From positions 2,542,001 through 2,606,000 of the forward strand of contig MU054212.1 of NCBI GenBank assembly GCA_013239625.1: 64,000 nt of DNA. The letters are read 5' to 3'. Made by a program: the position numbers and the translations under genes. Source of the DNA: Lama guanicoe. Lineage: Eukaryota. Below the pieces are notes generated by a model. The model did not search any database, was not told the DNA's origin, and saw only the letters and a list, made by a program, of their open reading frames with translations. Numbering within the stretch: the stretch's first letter is position 1; each line of letters opens with the position of its first letter. Positions 13,641 through 24,150 of this stretch are shown here, in pieces.

Positions 13641-14689
13641 AATAAAAATACTTTAAAATAAAAAAATTAAGATCAAATTTTCTACTACATACACTCTTAC
13701 ACAACAGTTAGTAGCACTTAAAAAGAGAAACATATTAAGGGGTCAAGACTTCTACTAGGCTGCTTTACCCTAAAACTATGTATGAGGGAGCACTATTTCA
13801 AGAAGGAAATACCTAACAATAAGTTAAACAAAAACAACAAGCAAGGATCATTACAATTACAGCCTGATATCTGGAAAGAGACTTTAGAATGTGGACAGGT
13901 TTGTTATGGGTTAGTAATAAATATATTTTAAAAGCTGAAGCTTACTCATTTCAGAAAATTATTATCAAAGGAAAGGATTGTCCCCCAAAAGATCAGTGCC
14001 TTTTAAAAGAGCAGGATATCTCCCCACTCCCTACTATGCTAAAGGAAGAGGAAATTTGGGGAGAGTAAATTGAAGGGAATGGAAGCAGGAATACCCCACA
14101 ATGATAAAAGTCCCTGTGTAAAATGCCCTACGCTGGATCCTAGGGTTGGGCTCACTGGATGATTGCTTTAAGAAATGGTTTTCTAGGAGCATATAAGGGT
14201 TCTTCAACCTACTTTACACCAATCAGTGGATCCCTCCTTTGGAAGGGATTCACTCTCCCTTTTTTAATCGATATAGAGAAAAATACCAGTGCCAATGAAA
14301 TGCAGTTGGAACAAAGAAGTCAAGACGTGGCCCTAAACAGTCTGCAAAATGCAGTGGTAAAACCAAGAAAAGCATATGCCTCCTGCATTATGTTTAATGT
14401 ATTTAACATTAGTAATCTGGTCAGAAACTTAATATGACTTTTTCAAATGTCCCTAGTTCTTACGTTAAGGTCTAGGAGAATAGGCTGCTCTCCTCATCCC
14501 CTTAAAAAATGTTCTCTAGGCTAAAATAAGAGAAATTCATTATAAAATGTGAAGAATATGGCTGCATTACTAATTCTTTTTTTTCAGTTTCAATAAAATT
14601 TCAAACCAAAGTGCTTCATTTTCCAATATATTTTATTAATATATAAATTTGCATTCAATTTTATAAATAAGAAAACTCCTGAGCAGGGA

Positions 14690-15903
14690 ATAACATATTA
14701 AACTTATAAGCTTTTGCATAGCAAAGGAAACCATAAGTAAAACAAAATGACAACCTGTGGAATGGGAGAAAATATTTGCAAATGATGCAACTGACAAAGG
14801 TTTAATTTCTACAATATATAAACAGCTGATACAACTCAATAAGAAAAAGACAAACAACCCAATCCAAAAATGGGCAGAAGACCTAAACAAGCAATTCTCC
14901 AATGAAGACATACCAATGGCCAATAGGCACATGAAAAAATTCTCAGTATCACTAATAATCAGAGAAATGCAAATCAAAACTACAATGAGGTATCACCTCA
15001 CAACAGTCAGAATGGCCATCATTCAAAAGTTCACGAATGATAAATGTTGGAGAGGGTGTGGAAAAAAGGGAACCCTCCTACATTGCTTGTGGGGATGTAG
15101 TCTGGTGCAGCCATTGTGAAAAACAGCATTGGGATCCCTCAAAAATCTAACAATAGACTTGCCATATGATCCAGCAATCCCACTCCTCGGCATATATCTG
15201 GAGGGAACTCTAATTCGAAAACATACATGCACCCCAATGTTCGTAGCAGCACTATATACAATAGCCAAAATATGGAAGCAACCTAAATGTCCATTAACAG
15301 ATGACTGGATAAAGAAGTTGTGGTAATATTTATACAATGGAATACCACTCAACTATAAAAAAGAATAAAATAATGCCATTTGCAGCAACACAGATGGACC
15401 TAGAGATCATCATTCTAAGTAAAGTAAGCCAGAAATAGAAAGAAGTAAACCAGAAAGAGAAAGAAAAATACCATATATCACATCACTCATTTGTGGAAGC
15501 CAAAAAGAAGAAGAAGGAGGAGAAGGGGAAGGAGAAGGAGAAGAAGGAGAAGCAGGAGATGGAGACGAAGACAAAGAAGAAAAAAAGACAGCAATGAACT
15601 CATCTACAAAACAGAAACAGACTCACAGATACAGTAAACAATCTTATAGTTACCAGGGAAAAGGGGGTGGGAAGGGATAAATTTGGGAGTTCGAGATTTG
15701 CAAATGTTAGCCACTATACATAAAAATAGGTTTTAAAAAATTTCTTCTGTATAGCACAGGGAACTATATCCAATATCTTGTAATAACCTTTAATGAAAAA
15801 TAATATGAAAATGAATCTATGTATATATACGCATGACTGGGACATTGTGCTGTTCACTAGAAATTGACACATTGTAACCGACTGTACTTTAATTTAAAAA
15901 AAA
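14690..15903 (+). mobile_element. 5'-truncated, relatively young L1 (ORF2 C-terminus plus 3'UTR) with an internal (GAA/GGA)n tract at ~15505-15590
   Basis: ORFs 14757..15119 ([17 protein letters not shown]...[13 protein letters not shown]...[15 protein letters not shown]) and 15129..15326 ([14 protein letters not shown]...[22 protein letters not shown]) are L1 ORF2. The frame is disrupted; a cetartiodactyl-type 3'UTR and A tail follow. Confidence 0.95.
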
Positions 15904-16314
15904 GTTATGAAAATGGTGACTTGTTTAAGCCTTACCTGAGTATCTCTAAAAAGTCACGTGAATTATCACAAGTTGTCTAAATGTCGGGACACAGGCTTAA
16001 ATTTTAAATATTCCCACGTAAAAAAATACGAACCACTTTTCTCCTAATCTGACTTCATTTTCTTTGCTCATTGAGAACGCTACTCACATTCATTTTGAAG
16101 TTTATGGCTTTAGCTCTTTGAGTTATATAAGCCCCTAAAGGTCAGAGCACTTTTTTTTAGAGAAGAAAGTGTGTTGTTTCACCCTCATGTGACTCAAGTA
16201 TGGCTAAACTGACCCAGCGGAAGCTTTAAAAAGACTCACATACCTGTTGGTTTGGAAAGTTTTAACCTAAGAGAATATAATTCATAAACTAAAATGAGAC
16301 TTTGCAGTAGCCTG

Positions 16315-16730
16315 TGTCAGAGAGGGGGAAATTTCCCCTTCTACCCTTGTTGAGTTCTTCTGGCTAGACTGATAATAAAATTGACGCAAGACAGATAAAC
16401 AGGAGAAGGAACAAATTTTAATTCATGCGCATGGAGGTCTCATAGAAACGGGACTTAAGAAGTAGCCAAAGCAGGCAGCTTTTATACCTTTTAGACAAAC
16501 AATAAATCAGTGAGGAATTGACAAGACAAAGAAACTTAGGCTTTGGGTGCTCAATTAGGGAAGAATCTAAACAGAGTCTGGGCTTAAGGCAGTGAACTAA
16601 AGAAGGAAAAAGGTTTGTTTATATAAGCTCCTAGGAGCTCCCCATCTCTGGTGAAAAGGGTGTCCTTGTGCCTCCAGATGCAGGGAGTGCACTTTTCACA
16701 TGAGACAGTGGAGAAGGGAGTGGAAGGCAG
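16315..16730 (-). mobile_element. ERV LTR-like segment
   Basis: Begins tgtcagagaggggg and contains gacagataaacaggagaaggaacaaattttaatt and cttttatacctttt (minus-strand TATA-like), typical of reverse-oriented ERV1 LTRs. The family is not identified. Confidence 0.45.
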
Positions 16731-16781
16731 AGGCTGATCCATTCAACCTAAAATAAAATATGATCCTAAAAGATAATCTAG

Positions 16782-17990
16782 GCAGCAGGAAAGAAACCTG
16801 TCATTTGGAATAAGATAAAGGAAATCAACCAGGAGTCAACGGAAAACCGTTTGGCATTCCTCAGGGGTTGCCTACCACTGACCTTGGGTCATTGTAAGGG
16901 AATGAAATCCTGACGTCGTCCTTCATTGACAAAAGTGCTCTGGACATCAGGCATAAACTTTGTATTAATAATGAGATGTAGGTGTTAAATAATGAGATGT
17001 AGAGGATAAAAGGCCCAGAGGCAAGTCCACCTGCTGGCTATCGCCCTCCAATGTCAACCAGTCGGCTCCGGAATTGGTACTTACCTCCCATAGACACTCT
17101 CGACTCCAGTGAGTGACCCCCATCCACTACCAAGGGCTAGCAAGCCAAGGAAAACAGTACCAAATCAGTGCTCCAGATGTAAACAAGAGGGACACTTTGG
17201 AAGGAAGAATACCCTTGCCGCCCCTATAGCAGGCTGGAAATGACAGATCCCAGCCACCACACTAGACGGCAGATGGTCCAAATAGACAAAGGACGCAGCC
17301 AGGGGGCTCCTAAGCTGGCACTTCAACTGATCCCCAGGCAGCCCTGGCTGACGCTGGACATGGTGGGGGAAGCCTGTGGAATTCTTAGTCGACATTGGTG
17401 CCTCTTACTCAGTTCTGAACACAAGATTAGGCAAACTCGGACACAAAGGTTGTAAAATTACAGGGGTGTCTGGAAGGTCCCAAGAACAGGCATTCATAGA
17501 GCCATTAGACTGCCCTTCTTTCCTATATGAACAAACTGGAGATTGGCGTCCTCTTAGACAAAGGGCACAATATATTAGGGGCTCAGGACAGACCTCCCTG
17601 GACAGAGCCAGTCCATCTCCCCAGAGGAGATCTGAGGTCTGGGCCCAGATGGCGGGCGGAGCTGCAGAAGCCAGTCCATAGTGCATCTAAAACCCGGACA
17701 TAGGTGCCCCACAGAAAACAGTACCCTGTCAGGAGACCCCCTTGGGCATTGCCCCTGTGGTATGGGGCCTGACTGACAAGGGCCTTATCAGATCAGGCCA
17801 ATCAGCCTGCAATCCCTGAATTCTCCTACTAAAAACACCCAAGGGAAACACTGGATGGTACAGGACCTCAGGGCAGTCACTGAAGCCCCAGAGGATACAC
17901 ATCCGATGGCCCCCAACCCCTACCCGCCCGCTGGCCCTTCCATTTTCCCCAGGACCTGGTATCTGTATTAGATTCACCTGAAGCTTCTCT
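16782..17990 (+). mobile_element. Decayed ERV1 (gammaretrovirus-like) gag-pro-pol remnant
   Basis: Gag major-homology-like AAGKKPVIWNKIKEINQESTENRLAFL (from 16782); FIDKSALDIRHKL (~16922); zinc knuckle NQCSRCKQEGH (17163); protease EFLVDIGASYSVL...ITGVSG (17376); RT N-terminus EVWA, KQYP, WMVQDLRAVTEA...HPMAPNPY and VLD. Multiple frameshifts and stops. Confidence 0.9.
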
Positions 17991-18489
17991 GCCAAAAAAC
18001 ACTCAAAGTGCGACCAGGGAGACTCCGGCCGGCGGGGCCTCCACATCCGGGCACTCTTGCCCACGGGCCAAAGACCTGGAGGCCTTCATTTTTAGGAAAA
18101 ATGTGAGGAGATCATTGCTCTCTTGCTCACATGTGGGCCATGCATCCTGAATTGTCTGGCTTCCCAGGACTCCAAAAGGTTAGACAAATGGTGGCCACTC
18201 CGGGATACAAACGAGTGAGGGTCTGAGGCCTGGCGACTACCGCACACACCTGAAGGTGAGTGAGGAGACCGTCTGCTCCTTCCCCCCGCGGTTACCGCGT
18301 CGCCCACACTCAGCAGGAGTCCTCACAGAAAACGGGCCTGCGCCCGCGGCGCCCCTCAAGACCCGCAAGAGACAGAGGGAGTGTCACCAGCAAAGCCCAT
18401 GAACATTTCCCAGGGAAGTGAGAACAGAATCTGGGTAATAAAGTCTAACCTTTTTTTTTCTTCTCCTTGTGCCTTGTCTCCTAGTCTAG

Positions 18490-18780
18490 CTCCACTCGCT
18501 GACAGGGCGCCACGCGGGCAGAGGCCTCGCCCTGGGCACTTCAGACCAGCGCCTCGCGGGCGCGGCTGCGCGGACACCTCCGCTGCACACGCCACCTCAG
18601 CCCAAGATGGCGGCGCGGGCCGCGTGCAGCCGCGCCCCGACCGGCGCTGCGATGTGGGCCGCCAGCGCCCCACTGCGCCGGCCCCGCGAGAACCCCGCTC
18701 CCGGCGAGATCGCTGTACAGCAGCCCCCACCACCGCCCGCCCCGGAGAGGCGCGGTTCTGGTGCACAGTCCTGAGCCGCT
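18490..18780. promoter_or_regulatory. Orphan CpG island with a consensus YY1 motif CAAGATGGCGGC (18603-18614)
   Basis: About 40 CpGs by hand count in 18481-18780, in a window otherwise depleted of CpG. GC-box-like ccgccc elements are present. No recognisable gene is adjacent. Confidence 0.65.
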
Positions 18781-18859
18781 CTGCTCTCAGATCAGAGACT
18801 AAAACTTTCTTTTGCTTCTTGAACGGAACTCAGTCTCCATCTATCGGTGCACGCGACAC

Positions 18860-19391
18860 CGAGCAGAAGGACCCTTGCTGGAACCTGATTGGAAAGAGTC
18901 GGTGACAGTAATCATCAGCTTCTGGTTCCAGCCAGTGTGGGGTCTTCGTCCTTGCGCTCAGCATGCAGTCACCATCCTCCACGGGGACAGGGGTCTCAGT
19001 CCCTGCAGGACAGCGCACAGGTATGTGGCAGATGTTTATACGTATCCCTTGAGGAGGAACCAGGACTCTTTTATCGCTGAAATGTTGTTACTTTTCTTGC
19101 TTCTTTTCCTTTGTTTCTGCTTTCCCTCACTTCCCTAATTAGTAAGTGCTGGGCCTGCTCTTTGGAACGGGGAGAGGCCCAGGAGTCTAAACAGGGGAGA
19201 AACAGGGGAGACGGAGAGGCTTTTGTACCCGGGAGGGACCCCCAAGGTCCTGCTCGGTTTCAGTCCCTACTTCTCATATTCCTCAGTCCTGAGGGGAACA
19301 GGGGCGGGACAAGAAAGGGAATAAAATTTTGGATAGAGACGTTAATCATAAACTCGGTAGTGGAACTCAGTTTTAGGGGGACTCAGTTTCA
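18860..19391 (-). mobile_element. ERV1 LTR(s) in reverse orientation
   Basis: The segment ends in gtttca (TGAAAC LTR start on minus) at both 19262 and 19391. It contains tatcccttgaggaggaaccaggac and ttccctaattagtaa motifs typical of MER41-like cetartiodactyl LTRs. Confidence 0.6.
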
Positions 19392-20249
19392 GTGGCAAGA
19401 CGCATGGACAGTCAGGGAATGCTAAAGCTGGCAGTGTCAAAGGTGACTCCAAGTATCATCAAGTTCAATTCTTTCCAAACTCTGAAAACATGAAATTCCG
19501 AAGAAATGCCTCAGGGTCCCCAGTAGGAATCAAAGGGAGACAGCCCAGGACACAGAACTTTCCATTAAGTTAAATTAAGCTTCCACAGAATGTTTTATAT
19601 GTTTTTTTAAAAGGATCCTGTAGGAAACAAAACCCCGCTCAAAAGCAGGACATTTTTTTACAGAAGCCACTAGATGGCTTTCACTTTCTTATCACCCTCA
19701 CTGTCTCTGTCTGCATGTTCGTTGACAAGTCACTTGTCCAAGACAACTCAGCCTGTCAGTGTTAAGCTGGGACTGGAACCAAGGTCTCCAGATTCCCAGC
19801 TTGGGGTTATGGCTGCCACTGTCTCACTGCTTACAGTTCCTATCGCCCTAAGTTTGATAAACATATGCTAAGTGCACTAATCTGTTCCATGGAAAAACGG
19901 ATGCCCACTTCTAGGAAAATATATTCAGTTCTCTCATCATTGTTGGGCATGGCTTTTCCCGGGACCTAGCCTTGAGATGAGCTGGGATAGAGGTCCCAAG
20001 GTGGTGCAACTTGGAGAGGAGTGGCTATGGCAACACCCAGGAGGACCCAATTTCCAAGTCTTTTAATAGAGATTCCTGTTTATCACAGACTGTTTGTTCT
20101 TTCAGTACAAAGTTTTGCATCAGCAGAAGTCCCTTTTTCTCATGTAAATGTTCCTGGGTAGACCAATTCATTCAGGCATTATCAAAATGAATTAGAACAC
20201 TGATTCACAAAATTGACTATGCATAGCCTTTTTCTTGGGTTCTCCTTTC

Positions 20250-20356
20250 AAAGCAGCTTCTGATGGGGTCGTTCTGGGCTGAGGCCTGAGTTTCTGCATT
20301 TCAGACAAGCTCTCAAGGGCCCTGGTGCTGCTGGCCTGAGGACCACACTTTGAATG
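20250..20356. mobile_element. MER5A-like hAT-Charlie fragment
   Basis: ctgcatttcagacaagctctcaagg...gctgctggcctgaggaccacactttgaa. Confidence 0.6.
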
Positions 20357-22749
20357 GTCTATCTGAAATTAGCTAGTAAGTCTCCAGAAAAGACCTAGAG
20401 GGAAGCGAGCACAGGCATCAGTCTGGTGCCAGTGAGGCTTCCACGTGAGCCCCAGATTCAGAAAAGCTAGGCCTTGGGGGGCTCCTAGGGAGGGAGATTC
20501 TAAAAATCTTCTAAGAAGGGCCTGAATGTGGTCACGAGGCCCAGAAAAGGCAGGGCACCAAAGACTGTTTTGCTGGAAGCTGCCTCGTTTGAAAAAGGAA
20601 GTACAAAGCTGGGTTCAGCCAAGGGATTAGGTGAGTCTTATAATGAGCCATCCCTATGCTTAGCACCCACCTGGGCATCCATGAGAGCCTGGAGTCCTGG
20701 ATTGTTTAATAAGACCCACTTCCCGGCTCCCTTGACTTTCAAGTTAACACCTCACGTAGGTGACTAAGCGGTAAGCATGCACTGGAGTCGCACCTAGCTC
20801 CGTGGCGGCAGCAATATTATCTGATTGGAGATGATCTTCATAAAGGCTGGGGGACAGGAGCGTTTGCTAAGTTGGTTTCAGTGAGACTTTCACAAAGCTC
20901 CTTAAGCAGTTTTCCTCATAGCAGGCAATATCCAGCCTTCCTCCCTCTGTGGCGTTATGTAGGGGCTTGGAGTTTCATTAGCCCCAGCTTAATTTTTACC
21001 AGATCCCTGCTGAGCATACACAGAAGCAATGTTTTTAATTGACTATTTTTTTTTAATATTTTGTACTTTTCTTTCTTCTTCTTCTTCTTCTTTTTTTAAA
21101 TTTAAGCAAATACTATTGCACCAGGAAGATGAGTCACTGATGAAGTTTGAAGTTTTGTGTGGGCCTTTTTAAGGCATTCTGGTAAAGAATACTCTTCTTT
21201 TTTAGACTTACACGATTTATACATATATGTATGTATTTTTTCAATGGTGGGGAATATCTTTGTATAACAAAATAAATAAAGAAAAACTAGCTCTTAAATA
21301 ATTTCCAAACTATGGTATATGTAAAATTACATTGTTCATGACTTTGCCCAATAAGGTATAATGTCTAGAAATGAGAGTTACGTATTTTGTACCTATCTTG
21401 AGAACATCTTTTATTGGAAAAGAAAACCCAGATCATCTTAGTTATTATTTGTCAGCTGTTAAGCTTGAGACAAACTAGAGCAATCTCATCTCTAACTTTC
21501 TGAGTTTGTTGATAGCCCTTCGCATTTCTATAACCCATATTGAAGACTCAGGGTTGAGGAATGGAGGAGCTTTAATCAGTCGGCAGTTAGCCCTCCTCCT
21601 CCCAGGAAAAGAAGTTTCTCTTTGCTGGTGTTCAGTACATTCTGCAGGGTTGTTTTCCTAGTTCTCATCTGCACTTCTCATGTTGAGGAGTCTTCCTACT
21701 ACTTTCCCATTGCTGAAAAGTTAATGTTATTTTAAAATGTCCCCTGTCACAGCCTAGATTCTCCTGAGGAGCATATTCCTTTCCATAGAATGGGCATTTT
21801 TGCAACTTAATATCTTACATTTGATTACCATCGGTGCATATTTAAATGTTGTCTTGCTCATCTTGTTTATTACATATATGTATTAAAAACTAATAAAGGC
21901 AAAATAAGACAAAAAATGAACATTTCATTTTGGCATCCTCCCTACTACAAAACCCTGCAGATGTTTGGCTGCCTGTGATATATTTTGGAGGATGGAATTT
22001 GCAACTGTTATAATTAAGCAATACCATTAAGTCACCCGAGAGTAAATTAGAAACTAAACTGGTGCTGTGTGCTCAGGAACCCAAGATTATGGGCTGAGAT
22101 CTCTATTCAGTGTCTGAAGTCAGTTCCCTTCAAATTGATTCTGAAATAAAAGGTGTTATTTCTATTCCCCTCCTCCAAAATACGTAAGTGTATTAAACAT
22201 GTCCCTAATATTGATTTGGCATGCCAGTTGTAATCTTAAATTGTAGGGGGGAAATGTTTTCTTAAATAGAGCTATTTCTATTTTGCTACTACTGTTTCAG
22301 TTGTAATGGGCAAAAGAAATGTGTAGGTCTGGATTATTTCCAGGGATTTGGCTGAGATCCATGAACTAAGTGGTGGTTTTTAAAAAAAAAGAAATCAAGA
22401 GAAAGAAAAGGAAAGAAAGGAATCCTAGTACATTCATCCTGTTGCAGTAGGAATTGGATAAAGGTAATGTCACTTCTTAGAGTTTTCCCTGAATGTTACC
22501 ATCTGGAAAGAGACAATCAAATTCCAAAAACCTAAAATACAAATTGTCAGTAATCTGAATAGAACATTGATACAACAGTTGTCACTAACGGCAGCTTGAA
22601 CAACCTATAATCCAATAAATTTAGAATACCAGCAGTTAAAAACTTGTTAATAATTACCTAATAAAGTTAAACTAGATAATCTTGAACACGTCACCATGCT
22701 AAACTCCTCTTCGACAGCAATTTGATTAAACTAAGGCATAAAGGTCCAG

Positions 22750-22945
22750 CCCCTTGCTACTAGCTACTCAAAGTATGGTCTTTGGAACTAGCCCCTTGCT
22801 ACTCCAGGTTTGGTCTTTGAAACAGTATTGTGAGCAGTCTGGGAGCTTGTTGGAAATGCAGAATCTTAGCCCCACCCAAGTCCTAATGAATCTGAATCTA
22901 CATTTTAATAAGATTCCCCAGCTGAATCATTCACATATTTAAGTT
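22750..22945. mobile_element. MER5-like hAT-Charlie fragment
   Basis: gctactcaaagtatggtc...gggagcttgttggaaatgcagaatcttagccccacc...gaatctgaatctacattttaataagattcccca. Confidence 0.7.
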
Positions 22946-22989
22946 GATCTAGACCCTTGGCTTCCCACCTTTTTTCAGGCACCCGGGTC

Positions 22990-24150
22990 AGCCCAAACAC
23001 ACAAAGCTTTTAGTCACAGGACAGGTGCATCCTTTTTCTACTTGCCCACTTGTCAGTCACTTCCTTGACTTTCACGATGTGGCTGATCTCCCAGAAGCCA
23101 CATGCTATTTCAGTGGCTCCCAAGAATTCTTTACAAACATGACTGGTCTAGAGGTTAGGATCCCCTCTCTTCCTTTCAGTAGAGCAGCTTTTACTGAGCT
23201 CCTCACAGAAATACTGACAAGGTATTGATGCTATACATTTTCAGTTTAGTCCTCAGACTGATCTTTCTGCACCTGAACTGCTGTTAGGATGGATTGCTTT
23301 TCGCTCCGTACCTGACATATGCCTCCCCTGATCTAACGATCTGTTGTGACTTGGCAGTCTAAGTTTATAAAGTTTTCTATTCTTCTTCCAGTTTTTCTTC
23401 TGTAGATACTACTCTGTTTTTCTTCTTCATTTGTCTGGTTTTGATCTGATAGGCTTTATGCAAAAGGAAGCTCTTTGTAAAAGTGACATTTGTTCTTTAT
23501 AGATATGGCCATTGAGGAATGTGTCCTCCCTTCGATGATGCCTAAGGCCTGCCTCCATGGCCTTCTCAGGCTCCCACTTTTTCGCTCTACCCTATCAACA
23601 GAGGTGGAACAGTGTTCCGCATTCTGTGTGATTTTGTTGGGAGATTGCAAAGGATATCGATACTTGAGGATATCAATACTTGAGGACCTCTCATGAGCTT
23701 TAAGAAAAAGGAAAAACAAATCTTCAAACCTCGCTACATGAGAGCCATTGCGTCATGTTCACACAGATACAAAAAGATGGAATGGTAGCAAAGTCCAGTG
23801 AGTCACTATGGTAACTAGTATATCAACTAAAAGGCCAAGTTCTGCTTTATACTCCAAGCACCCTCTGTAGATTCTTCTCCCCAAAAATATGCTTGCTTGT
23901 CAGCTGCCTCTATGATTATATTCAATCCAAGATTTTGCTACATAGGGTTTGCTTTTATTTTTCCTTGGCAGTTTCAGTTTTGCTGCAACTTCCGCAATCT
24001 CAAAATCATGAATCATTTGAGCAAATAACAAGCCAATAAGTGCAAATCCAAGGGAAATTTCTACAAAGCTGTCTTTTAACTCTATTTTCACATAGGGTGA
24101 AGTGTTTCTTGTCATGGGATAATAATCGGAGAAACAACATCTGACCAGAT
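22990..24150 (-). mobile_element. Ancient RTE-clade LINE reverse-transcriptase remnant (MamRTE1/L4-like)
   Basis: Minus-strand fragments in colinear order across frames: LEYKQNLAF..VD, TLFHL..DRV, IKTRQM, IENFINLDCQVTTD and ISLRTKLKMYSINTLSVFL. These resemble RTE RT and post-RT motifs but are heavily degraded. Confidence 0.5.

Noticed and set aside
14757..15326. Functional L1 ORF2
   Set aside because: Only the C-terminal fragment is present, and it is broken by a stop and frameshift near 15119-15129.
17376..17681. Domesticated retroviral protease gene
   Set aside because: The catalytic motif is altered (DIGA), there is no ATG start, homology is lost after ~45 residues, and the surrounding gag/pol is frameshifted.
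18381..18905. 174 aa plus-strand ORF and overlapping 136 aa minus-strand ORF (18356..18766)
   Set aside because: The plus ORF starts at GTG. Both have low-complexity R/P/A/G composition expected from stop-poor GC-rich DNA, with no recognisable domain.
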